Source of the DNA: Allomuricauda sp. | GTDB taxonomy: Bacteria > Bacteroidota > Bacteroidia > Flavobacteriales > Flavobacteriaceae | Direction of reading: 5' to 3' | DNA: 64,000 nt | Assembly: GCA_028282265.1 (NCBI GenBank) | Contig: JANQIH010000295.1 | Coordinates: forward strand, 12,254-76,253 | Part shown: positions 9,925 to 19,042 of the stretch, in pieces | Numbering within the stretch: the stretch's first letter is position 1 | How the letters are laid out: the number at the start of each line of letters is the position of its first letter | The notes under the pieces: generated by a model | The model's database searches: none | Seen by the model: the letters and a program-made list of their open reading frames with translations, nothing else | Told to the model about the DNA's origin: nothing | Made by a program: the position numbers and the translations under genes

Positions 9925-11250
9925 TTATGAAATCCTAAGCACCACAGTGCTATGAGCGTTCACTTTTGTTTTAAATTCATTGGCAAACTCACCAAGTTCT
10001 TCCTGTAACCAAAGGTCATATATTCTTCGACTCCCTTTCAAGCCCAAACTATCGAAACCAAATTGAATTTCTTGTTCTTTTTGTGACAAATTGAAAAGAG
10101 CGGCATAGATTGAACCTTTTCCATTTTGTGCCGTCCACAGTCTTATATCCTCTGTTCTGTCGAATTCCTTGTTGCCAAAACTGTTCTGGTTAATATCAAG
10201 AATCTCTTGATTTGTCAATAAATCGATGGTTTCTTGACTACACTTTGGTAAATGTCCACCAAACATCAATGGCGAACGGAACATGCACCAGAGTGATATA
10301 ACTGATCTTTGTTCTTCTATTGAAAAGTTTGAGAATCGCTCATGTCCTCCAGATTCACCTCTAGGCATATAACCAAAAGGCAACATATCCGCATCAGGCC
10401 AATGTCCTTCGGTGGCAAAAGGTGCCCAAATGGCGCAACGGTCTGTCTGTTTGACAAAGGAACCCCACTCGTCCCAAAAATCGGCAGAAATCCGCCATAA
10501 ATTGGCATTTTTTCTCAAGTGATTGATCACTGTGGTTTCCGGGCCTCCAGGGGACAGACTAAAAACAATATCACGTCCACAAGTGTTAATGGCGGCACTC
10601 ATACCCTCAATATCATCTATGCGGTAGGGCGACCCTTCTCCGGTAGGTGAACCGGTGCTTCGCTCTACTTCGTGCCAGGCATTGACATCATCGGCTTTGA
10701 TGTAGTCCACGCCCCAAGAAGCGTATAATTCCATAATGGAGTCATAGTATTTCTGTGCTTCGGGTTGGGTAAAATCCAGCGTATGCATGCTATTGAACCA
10801 GGGACAGATTTCTCTTTTATAGGAGATTTGGTCAGCAGTTTTATTTGTCCCTTTGATACGACATTTTTCTTCCACTGCCTTCCAGGGGATACCCCGCATA
10901 ATGTGCAGTCCAAACTTCAAACCCAGATTGTGAACGTAATCCGCCAATGGCTTTAAGCCCAAACCATTTTTGGAAGATGGGTGCATTATGGAGTCTGGCA
11001 TTAGCCTACCATACTCATCAATATGTAATGGAATATTGGAATTTTTGTAGTTGTGGTCATTAATACTTTCTCCGTACCACCCTAAATCCAACACCACATA
11101 TTCCCACCCGTATTGTTTTAGGTGTTTGGCCATAAAATCCGCATTGGCCCTTACCTCTTCTTCGGTTGCGTTAGGACCAAAACAATCCCAGCTGTTCCAA
11201 CCCATTGGTGGCGTTTTTGCCCTATTTGCTATGCGTTCCTGTTTTGTCAT
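9925..11250 (-). CDS. GH27 glycosidase without signal peptide (cytoplasmic); Abp-like
   Basis: KTPPMGWNSWD, YVVLDLGWY, DYIKADD, WRISADFWD, WPDADMLP; N-terminus MTKQERIANR is hydrophilic. Confidence 0.9.
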   Translation of the reverse strand: MTKQERIANRAKTPPMGWNSWDCFGPNATEEEVRANADFMAKHLKQYGWEYVVLDLGWYGESINDHNYKNSNIPLHIDEYGRLMPDSIMHPSSKNGLGLKPLADYVHNLGLKFGLHIMRGIPWKAVEEKCRIKGTNKTADQISYKREICPWFNSMHTLDFTQPEAQKYYDSIMELYASWGVDYIKADDVNAWHEVERSTGSPTGEGSPYRIDDIEGMSAAINTCGRDIVFSLSPGGPETTVINHLRKNANLWRISADFWDEWGSFVKQTDRCAIWAPFATEGHWPDADMLPFGYMPRGESGGHERFSNFSIEEQRSVISLWCMFRSPLMFGGHLPKCSQETIDLLTNQEILDINQNSFGNKEFDRTEDIRLWTAQNGKGSIYAALFNLSQKEQEIQFGFDSLGLKGSRRIYDLWLQEELGEFANEFKTKVNAHSTVVLRIS

Positions 11251-13007
11251 TTAATAAACACTGAAAAGATTAAGATAATAGCAATTAAAAGCAAAACACT
11301 CAACAACCACCAGAAAAAAATACCGTTGTACCATTTGCTTCCCAGTCCTTCCCGTAGTGCTTCTCCTTTTACATTAAACGTAAGGTTTTCTGCTTCGGGA
11401 TTCAAATGTTTGTCAGATGTCAATAGCGTACTGACTGCACAAATGAGCATGGAGAAAATCCAAGTAATCAACGCTTGATTGGCAAAGGGTTTTATGATTC
11501 CCGCGAAAGTGGAGGTTGAATCGGCCAATGGACCAAACTCCAAAAACTTTAGAAATCCTGCCATGGCAAAACCCCCGATGACCGTTACCAATGCATCACG
11601 ACCATTCACTTTTTTCCATAGCATCCCCAACAGGAACAAAGCGGAAAAAGGCGGTGCTATGAACGTGTACAGTGCCTGTATTAAGATAAATAAGTTGACC
11701 TTGGTTGCTGTGGCCAACATAACCGCAAAACCAATCGAAAGCAATAAGAACAGCGTGCCTGAGATTTTACCTACTCGCACCATCTGCTCACTGCTGGCAT
11801 TTTCATTGATACTTTCCCCGTAGAAATCCACTGTGAACATCGTAGAGGTGGAATTCAATACGGAACTTACCGTAGATTGAATGGCCCCGAAAAGCGCTGC
11901 CAATAGGACACCTTTCAAAAAGGTGGGCACCAAAATGTTTATCATTATGATGTAGGTTTTATTGGCTTCATCACTTTGAAATGCCCAATCTCCCGAAGTC
12001 AAATACTCGGGCTGCATCGCAAAAAATATTAGCCCTGGAATCACAACAATTACAGGAAGTAATAATTTGAGGTAACCCGCAAGTACCATTCCAGCCCTAG
12101 CATGATACGTATCTTTCGCAGCGAAAACTTTCTGAATCATGGTCTGATTAATGACCGTATACCAAAGTCCTATATAAAAGAAACTAAATACCCAATGGGT
12201 CCATGGATTGGAATAATGATTCAAGGGCTGTAGTACGGATAAGCGGTTATAATAATCTCCCTCCTGACTTCCTTTAAGAATGTTAGTTACATTTTCATTA
12301 ATCCATTCTTTGGACCAAAGCTCGCCCCCAAGATTTACATCGACCATTTTAGTGAATCCAGCGATAATTCCATTGCCCTCACCCAGATAGGAAAGTCCCA
12401 AAAAAGTAACGGTTAAGCCCCCGAAAATCATGATTAGGATGGTAAGCACATCCATGAAGGCCACGGATTTCAGTCCGCCCCAGATGGCCCATCCTCCGGT
12501 AGTTATTCCGATAATTATGCATGCCGTTAACGGAGATAGTTCAAAGAATTCAACGAGTATAAGACTACCTCCATAGATTACAGGTCCCATAAAGGCAAAA
12601 ACGTTAGCCAAAATGGAAATTCCGGCAAAAATGGAGCGAATCTTTTTACTGAATCGTTTTTCCAAATATTCAGGCGTTGTAAGTACTTTGGAGGTAAGCA
12701 AATACGGTATAAACAACCAGATTAAGAAAGTAAAGGCAATTACGGTACTCCACTCTCCTGTAGCGACACTTATACCGTAAATGACCGCCGCCCCGATTAA
12801 ACCGATAAAATGTTCCGTACTAATATTGGCCGCAATGTAAGAGCTGCCCACAACATACCATGGAAGACTTCTTCCTGCCAAAAAATAATCTGATGAATCT
12901 TTGCTTTTTTTTCTCCCATACCACCAGCCTATTGCGCTTAACAAAAAGAAGTAGGCAAAAAATGCAAAATAGTCCCAGAACGTGAAATTGAAAAGCTGTT
13001 CTGTCAT
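11247..13007 (-). CDS. Sodium:solute symporter (second, divergent paralog)
   Basis: YFLAGRSLPW, AANISTEHFIG, PEYLEKRFS, INQTMIQK, STVSSVLNS; stop overlaps the GH27 start (ATGA-type overlap at 11247-11250). Confidence 0.92.
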   Translation of the reverse strand: MTEQLFNFTFWDYFAFFAYFFLLSAIGWWYGRKKSKDSSDYFLAGRSLPWYVVGSSYIAANISTEHFIGLIGAAVIYGISVATGEWSTVIAFTFLIWLFIPYLLTSKVLTTPEYLEKRFSKKIRSIFAGISILANVFAFMGPVIYGGSLILVEFFELSPLTACIIIGITTGGWAIWGGLKSVAFMDVLTILIMIFGGLTVTFLGLSYLGEGNGIIAGFTKMVDVNLGGELWSKEWINENVTNILKGSQEGDYYNRLSVLQPLNHYSNPWTHWVFSFFYIGLWYTVINQTMIQKVFAAKDTYHARAGMVLAGYLKLLLPVIVVIPGLIFFAMQPEYLTSGDWAFQSDEANKTYIIMINILVPTFLKGVLLAALFGAIQSTVSSVLNSTSTMFTVDFYGESINENASSEQMVRVGKISGTLFLLLSIGFAVMLATATKVNLFILIQALYTFIAPPFSALFLLGMLWKKVNGRDALVTVIGGFAMAGFLKFLEFGPLADSTSTFAGIIKPFANQALITWIFSMLICAVSTLLTSDKHLNPEAENLTFNVKGEALREGLGSKWYNGIFFWWLLSVLLLIAIILIFSVFIK

Positions 13008-13030
13008 GTTGGTTTATTGGAAGGCTTACC

Positions 13031-14569
13031 TCATTTTATCGTGATATTACTCACGTAATCGTTTCGTGTAATGTTTATCTGATTTAGATTTTCCAACTTT
13101 CCTTCTTTGGTCATAATATTGATAAGGGTCAATCCCTCAATATTACTGACTTCACTTTCACCGATTAATTGTTTACCAATGGCATTGAAACCTGCATCGA
13201 TCTCCACATTTTCCAAAGTCATGTTCCGGATTTTACCTCCACCTGCTCCCTGGAAATTGGACTTCCCGATTTCAATGTCGAACAAATTACCATGCATTAA
13301 CTTCACATTTTTGATGTTGAGGTTGTTTATGTCCGCACTACCCCCATGTCTTGCTGCAATAAACGCTTTGTTGGAAGGAGTAAGGCTTACTGTATTCTCG
13401 ATGGTGATATCCTTGGCGTAGTCGGCCCCATTCCATGTCAGCATAATATCCCCACCATTGTTGTCCAATCCCCAAAAGACTATATCCTTAATGAAAATAT
13501 TGGAAACAGGGACTCCCTTTAACTGGTTGGACCCGTCCCATGATAATTCATCGTTTCCAGTTTCTGCATCATAAAGTCCGGTAATGCAGATACGGTCATC
13601 ATTACTGGCTATGAAACTATCTGTAACCTCCACATTGGTACTGTAGGTGTGAAGACCATCATTGTTATGTTCACCAAATCCACAGAGCTTAACATTATTT
13701 ATTTTTACATCATTGCAATTGGCAACCTCTAATTGATAGCTGGGACTACTCATGATGGCAACACCATCAATCTCAATATCTTCGGAATCTATGAAAACTA
13801 CACCCAGCCAATCAGCATCCCATTCTTCTTCTTTACTGGATTCTTCTGCATGGGTAACAAACGACTGAGAAAGTATACCCCGACCCAAAATTTTCACCCC
13901 CTTTTTATTCTTGGCCTTAATGGTCGCTTCTACAACAGCACCACGGGCAATGTAAAGTGTCTTGATGCCGTCAACGAATGGGTCCCAAGCTTGGCCATAT
14001 TTGTAAATTCCAGGCTCCAAAAAGAGAACCGATTTGTCCTCCTTATCTGGTATATCGGTTTCCGGTTCCTCTGCACTAACTATCAAGTAGTGTTCTTTCT
14101 CACCAATTTTAGAAGAAACCACAAATTTTTGTGGTTTTTCAAGGGATATGGTGATTGTATTTCCTTCTTTACGAACTGCGGAATTGATTTCTGGCATTAC
14201 TTTCCACTCAGCAAAGGAGCTATCCCCTTTCAGGATTTGTAATGATATTGGATCTGAAATCGAAAAACTCAAATAGGAAACTCCATCATAAGAAACACTG
14301 TTTCCTTGTTTTTTGTGTTCGTTTTTGTCTCTTATTTCAATTGATTTGTACACGAAAGCTTCTTCCCCATTTAAACTGGCACTGAAAATATCGGATTGCG
14401 AAAGCCCATGGATATCGCTAAGACCTTCCGCTATTTTTAGATGAGTCATAGCTCCATCACTATCATTTAGAAAGCTTGCTGAAGCGACAGTGGATGTTTT
14501 TTGCTTGGCCTGGTTACACGAAATAAATAGTACTAAAACTGTGACATAAGCATTCAGGAGATTTTTCAT
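13031..14569 (-). CDS. Right-handed beta-helix glycoside hydrolase lipoprotein, GH49/GH28 (clan GH-N)-like
   Basis: Lipobox FISC; N-terminal beta-sandwich, then FLEPGIY...GRGILS...HNNDGLH...IASNDDRI (three-Asp arrangement of clan GH-N); repeated NIxIxN beta-helix rungs. Confidence 0.75.
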   Translation of the reverse strand: MKNLLNAYVTVLVLFISCNQAKQKTSTVASASFLNDSDGAMTHLKIAEGLSDIHGLSQSDIFSASLNGEEAFVYKSIEIRDKNEHKKQGNSVSYDGVSYLSFSISDPISLQILKGDSSFAEWKVMPEINSAVRKEGNTITISLEKPQKFVVSSKIGEKEHYLIVSAEEPETDIPDKEDKSVLFLEPGIYKYGQAWDPFVDGIKTLYIARGAVVEATIKAKNKKGVKILGRGILSQSFVTHAEESSKEEEWDADWLGVVFIDSEDIEIDGVAIMSSPSYQLEVANCNDVKINNVKLCGFGEHNNDGLHTYSTNVEVTDSFIASNDDRICITGLYDAETGNDELSWDGSNQLKGVPVSNIFIKDIVFWGLDNNGGDIMLTWNGADYAKDITIENTVSLTPSNKAFIAARHGGSADINNLNIKNVKLMHGNLFDIEIGKSNFQGAGGGKIRNMTLENVEIDAGFNAIGKQLIGESEVSNIEGLTLINIMTKEGKLENLNQINITRNDYVSNITIK

Positions 14570-14968
14570 AATTCTTATGATTAGGCATAGAAATACCTAG
14601 TTCTAAATCAAAAATAAGGCTCGGAAGTATTTGTTCTTTTGTTCAAATGTTACTTACTTTAGCTCTTTTGTACCGAATTAAGGTCTGTTCATTCTTCATA
14701 TATTTTTATCAAATATGTACGAACGAGCTGGGGTATTATATTTCCTTGTCATCCATTTCTAGGGTTTCTGAAAGCCCGATTTGGAATTGGGTTTTATCAA
14801 TTAACACACCGTTTGACATGGAAAAGCTAGTTTTCCATCTATCGGATAAGTTTCAAGATGGCAATTTAAAAAGTGCTCCTTCTGGGTTGTTCAAAAGGAA
14901 TAAAACTAGTCCCTTGATGTGTTCAGGAAACATTTTACCTATCTGACTCCTGTCCTGAAAAGCCAACC

Positions 14969-15218
14969 TTCTTGGAAGTGTTGTGTGCTCCCATCATTGT
15001 TAATCGGGAAAAGATAATCCCTCAGCGGTTTTACCATTTAGATGATAGTCTAATATACTCTTGGGTCCTACTGTGATTTTTACCGAAAGCGGCTCATCGG
15101 TCTTGCTCCTTCCATAGGATAACCGTTCATTGAAAATATCTTCTACCTTGAACTGTGCCAAATCTACAAAGTTCATTCCCTTACTATAAAACATGGCCAT
15201 TGACCTAATTCCTGTCAT
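14969..15218 (-). pseudogene. Tyrosine recombinase/integrase remnant
   Basis: MFYSKGMNFVDLAQFKVEDIFNERLSYGRSKT..PLSVKIT..ILDYHL, continuing after a frameshift as FPINNDGSTQHFQE, resembles the catalytic-domain start of Bacteroidota site-specific integrases; the N-terminal domains and the C-terminal HxxR/H/Y residues are missing. Confidence 0.75.
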
Positions 15219-15326
15219 GCCAAAGGATACGGTTCAGTGGATATACCAAGTTTTTGTTTGAAGTATATCCCTTTTGGAAATTGCCCTTTTTCTCTGTCAC
15301 CGCAGAGGAGGACAACCTATAATTTA

Positions 15327-15356
15327 TAAAGCCCATACCTTTCAGCATGGGCTTTA
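15327..15356 (-). terminator. Intrinsic terminator after the FIVAR/LamG gene
   Basis: Perfect 10-bp inverted repeat TAAAGCCCAT / ATGGGCTTTA about 30 nt past the stop at 15384. Confidence 0.75.
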
Positions 15357-15383
15357 AATCGATTCTTTAAATTGAATTTTTAT

Positions 15384-16856
15384 CTACTCATCAAATGGAA
15401 AACCTGGATCAATTTCTGTCCATACCGGTCTGGCCATTTCACCGATATCACCACCAAGCGTACCAGGATTACCGTTGACACTTGCATCATTCACTGTAGT
15501 TCCCGTGCCTTCATCCAATTTCCAATAGCCTATCAGACCTGCTTCATCGCCATTCAGTCTGCTATCATAATCAGCAGCGATTTCTGAAGCACTTCTTGCT
15601 CTGTCCCAAACACGGATATCGGTCAATCCTCCAATCCAATATCTATCGGGCTGTGCAGCACTTCTACCGATCTCAAAATCGTTGAGCGACGAGGTGTTGA
15701 TTGGGTTACTACCTGAAGCAGATGTGGTCGCCTCTGGTTGACCATCGACATAAAGCAGAACACTAGTCAACGGCACACCGTCTGCCGGGACGACAATCGC
15801 GATGTGGTGCCACTCTCCGTCATTCAATGGTGTGGTTCCTACTACCCCGCCACCATTGTACTCAACACGAAGTGCTCTATTGCCATTGTGAAGTCTTATA
15901 TCCCATTTCTGTGCACTTGAGTTTTCACCCCAAGACATGATGATGATATTATTTTCAGACGATTCGGTTTTGACCCAGGCTTCACAAGTTCTTGGACCTC
16001 CACCGGTAACTGCTTTAAATCCGTTTACCTTTATATAATCATCACCCTCAAATGTCAAGAAACTAGGTGGTACCACTTTTCCAGCTTCAAAGACTGCCAC
16101 GGCCGCATTAAGATCCGCTAGTGCTTGGTCCACTTGCAACTGTTGTGCCGCTGCATTGTTCGCTACGACCCGGGCAACATCAATAGCTGCTTGCAAAACT
16201 GCTTTTGACCCCACCGCATATTGACCATTTTCAGTACCTTCAACGGCATTGTCCACTAATTCCTGTGCAGAGGCAATGGCATCGTTCAAAGCGGAAAAAT
16301 CCGTATCCGCTACAATACTGGCCTCAAAAATGGCCGTTGCCTCATTAAGATCGGTTTCTGCTCCATCGATTTCTGCTTGGGAGGAGTTAGGGTTATCTGC
16401 GACTACTTGTGCAGCGTTAATGGCCGCTTGGAATATAGCTTTTGACCCCACGATAACATCCCCTATTTCGGTTCCCTCCGGACCCGCACTGTCCAATAAC
16501 GTTTGTGCCGCATTAATCGACTGTACCAGTGAAACATTGTCAATTACGACCACACTGTTGCGATAAGTATCCAATGCTATGGTTAAAAGATTTACGGCAC
16601 TATTTACAGTACCCTGATTAACGGCAGTTTCCTTATAGGCAGAGAACCTTTCTATGGCATCCAATAAAATCTGGGTGGATCCTACAATAATATCACCCCC
16701 ATTTTCACCTTCTTTGTCGATATCAGCTTCAGCCGTTGCCTCTGCAACTACTGCATCCAATGCTGAAAAGTCCAAGGTGGCCATTCCCTCATCGTCCTCA
16801 CAAGAATTGGAGAAGGCCGCCACAAACAATAGGAATAGATAAGTTAATTTTTTCAT
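15384..16856 (-). CDS. Surface lipoprotein with three FIVAR-like helical repeats and a C-terminal LamG/ConA-like domain (candidate glycan-binding protein)
   Basis: Lipobox SNSC; three repeats of about 78 aa (DFSALxxxIxxAQ...G..xGxxxVGSKAxxQAAI..A); LamG motifs LNDGEWHHIAIV, LLYVDG, IRVWDRARSASEI, GYWKLDEG. Confidence 0.8.
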   Translation of the reverse strand: MKKLTYLFLLFVAAFSNSCEDDEGMATLDFSALDAVVAEATAEADIDKEGENGGDIIVGSTQILLDAIERFSAYKETAVNQGTVNSAVNLLTIALDTYRNSVVVIDNVSLVQSINAAQTLLDSAGPEGTEIGDVIVGSKAIFQAAINAAQVVADNPNSSQAEIDGAETDLNEATAIFEASIVADTDFSALNDAIASAQELVDNAVEGTENGQYAVGSKAVLQAAIDVARVVANNAAAQQLQVDQALADLNAAVAVFEAGKVVPPSFLTFEGDDYIKVNGFKAVTGGGPRTCEAWVKTESSENNIIIMSWGENSSAQKWDIRLHNGNRALRVEYNGGGVVGTTPLNDGEWHHIAIVVPADGVPLTSVLLYVDGQPEATTSASGSNPINTSSLNDFEIGRSAAQPDRYWIGGLTDIRVWDRARSASEIAADYDSRLNGDEAGLIGYWKLDEGTGTTVNDASVNGNPGTLGGDIGEMARPVWTEIDPGFPFDE

Positions 16857-17197
16857 TTTAAAAGAATATTTAAGTTTGGTTGTTACTCTAAAAATGATTT
16901 TGATGTATTCATTTTTTCGAACATTCTAATTTAAAGGGATTAGAAATTTTGTATCTCTCATTAAAAGGGTAAAAATGTTGCAAATTTTCAATTCTCATTA
17001 AATCTACATGAGAATACGCCTGTTTAAAGTAAGTATCACCCGCCGGCCAATCCGCAGGTCAGGATTTAGTCTTAATAAGGAACCAGAATTCATTTATAAC
17101 GGTAGTATCAAATTGGAGGTTTTAATGTTGCAACCTTCTAAAAATGTTTCGGATCAAGGGCGGCTTTAATTACTTTTAAATTTCAAAACTTATCCCC

Positions 17198-18544
17198 TTG
17201 AAAACATTTAATCCACTATTTTTTCTTGTTCTGATCCCCATTTTATTGAACTACGGTTGTAGTACGGATACTGGTGATGTTGAAATCCAACAATCCGAAG
17301 AAAATGGACTACCAGAAGAACAGGAGAATGAAACCTCAGTAGAGGTCAACAGTATTATCAACACAAGCAACCAAGGTAAGTTGATAGATGCTTTTTTCTT
17401 TGATTTGAAAGGCTGGCCCGATAGAACCAACACCGTTGAAAAAGCGACTTCGCATCTAATCAATGATGGTATGAACGGTCTTAGAATTTCCATTTATGGG
17501 GACATTCAACGCCCTGCGCATCCTGGCCCCGGTGTTGTTTTGGAGTCTGAATACGAACCTATGCTGACTTCCATCACCACCGCTCTTTCTGTTAGGCCAG
17601 ATCTTAAAATTTTTGCCAGTAAAAAGCTGAGAAGCACGAATTCCTTTCCAGACTGGGTCAAGGACGGAACCGGTATTGTACCGAAACAATATGCCATTAT
17701 GTTGGCTGATTTTATTGAATTTATGAATGATAGGGGTATTACCATAGATTATTTGGGAATCGACAACGAGTTTGTATATAACGAGGGAAACATCACTCCC
17801 CAAAAATACCATGAAACCATTTTTGAATTACGAACCTTGGCTTCAACCCGTGGCTTTGACATACCAGTTCTGGTAGGCTATGAAGACTTTGGCCCCAATA
17901 AAAGGAATTGGGTGCAAATTCTAATGGAAAGCGGATGGGGCAATGATATGGATATCTATGGGACTCACTACTATCCGCAGTTCAGGCCAAAAGACAAGTT
18001 GATTACAGATCTAAACACCGTTAGTGATAGACCTTTTTGGGCTACCGAACCGCACTGGGACAATGTAAAAGCGGATAGACCTGATGTTTTTTTGAATGCA
18101 GAAGCAGCCATGGTCACGCTCTGGGATCAGACGGATTTGGGAATGACCGGTTTCATGTGGTGGGATTACAATCTAAAGGATGAGCTTCGTACCAGATTGA
18201 TGCAAGCTGCCTCAACCCCGCTTTTGGGCTCAAGGCCCATAACCATGACAGATATCGATGGAGAGGACATTTCGGAGCTCGGTAAACTCCAAAGTCGTGC
18301 TTTTATAAAGGATAAACTTGTAACGGTATATTTTGTTAACATGACCGACACTTCTTACACAGATTATACCATATCCTTTGAGAACAACCTTGAAATCAAT
18401 GGGGCGGTGACCTACAGACAATGGCGTGAAACAACCACAATTGATGGTCAGTCTTTATCAGCCAAGGTTATAGAAAACAGCACAATTATTCAGGTGAATT
18501 TACCCAGACGATCCATAACCAAAATCGATATTACCCTTCTGTAG
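17198..18544 (+). CDS. Clan GH-A glycoside hydrolase lipoprotein (GH30-like), TTG start
   Basis: Lipobox NYGC; acidic low-complexity linker; IDYLGIDNE (acid/base), YGTHYY, RPFWATE (nucleophile), WW; C-terminal beta-sandwich (VYFVN...LPRRSIT). Confidence 0.72.
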   Translation: MKTFNPLFFLVLIPILLNYGCSTDTGDVEIQQSEENGLPEEQENETSVEVNSIINTSNQGKLIDAFFFDLKGWPDRTNTVEKATSHLINDGMNGLRISIYGDIQRPAHPGPGVVLESEYEPMLTSITTALSVRPDLKIFASKKLRSTNSFPDWVKDGTGIVPKQYAIMLADFIEFMNDRGITIDYLGIDNEFVYNEGNITPQKYHETIFELRTLASTRGFDIPVLVGYEDFGPNKRNWVQILMESGWGNDMDIYGTHYYPQFRPKDKLITDLNTVSDRPFWATEPHWDNVKADRPDVFLNAEAAMVTLWDQTDLGMTGFMWWDYNLKDELRTRLMQAASTPLLGSRPITMTDIDGEDISELGKLQSRAFIKDKLVTVYFVNMTDTSYTDYTISFENNLEINGAVTYRQWRETTTIDGQSLSAKVIENSTIIQVNLPRRSITKIDITLL

Positions 18545-18662
18545 CCATATAGGTAAGCTAGAGAAATGATGGTTTCCTTAATTGTGTGTTGTCAATTTCC
18601 CTTTATTGGCTTAATGTAAAGAATGCGCCTTAGGCTCCTCCAAAGAGCATGGGCATTCTCAC

Positions 18663-18950
18663 AAACCATCTGTCGTATTATTGTTGTGGACGGTCTTGGT
18701 TACACTAATGTGGTTTGCCAAGGCGTAAAGGATGTTGTCACTCTAAACATTGACCATATCGCAGAAAGCGGAATTCAATTTAAAGATGCCATATTTGAAT
18801 CGGGGACTCTTCGAAAACCTCACAGTTGATAGGCAAATTATGCCTTTAGAAATAAGACAACTTTTTATCCAAAAATGCACCACTTCCAATCGATACCTCT
18901 TTGGGCCACACTACCAAAATGTTGAAAAGCCGTTTAGTCCAACGGTCGTG
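18663..18950 (+). pseudogene. Decayed 5' fragment of an S1 sulfatase, paralogous to 57085..58638
   Basis: KPSV(V) + IIVVDGLGYTNVVCQGVKDVVTLNIDHIAESGIQFKDA...**ANYAFRNK. DNA blocks ATGCACCACTT..AATCGA.ACC and AAAATGTTGAAAA are shared with the intact gene; frameshifts and stops present, CxPxR lost. Confidence 0.75.
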
Positions 18951-19042
18951 GATTCTTTACAAAATGAAATCCCAGAAAAAATGTCGCAAATAAAAAAAAC
19001 CATTGGGTTTTTCATGAGATTTTGTTTTGAGCCTTTGATTCA

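Noticed and set aside
14643-14933. Protein-like minus-strand frame next to the integrase relic, and the plus-strand ORF 14647..14946
   Set aside because: The minus frame has several stops and neither frame matches a family I can recognise.
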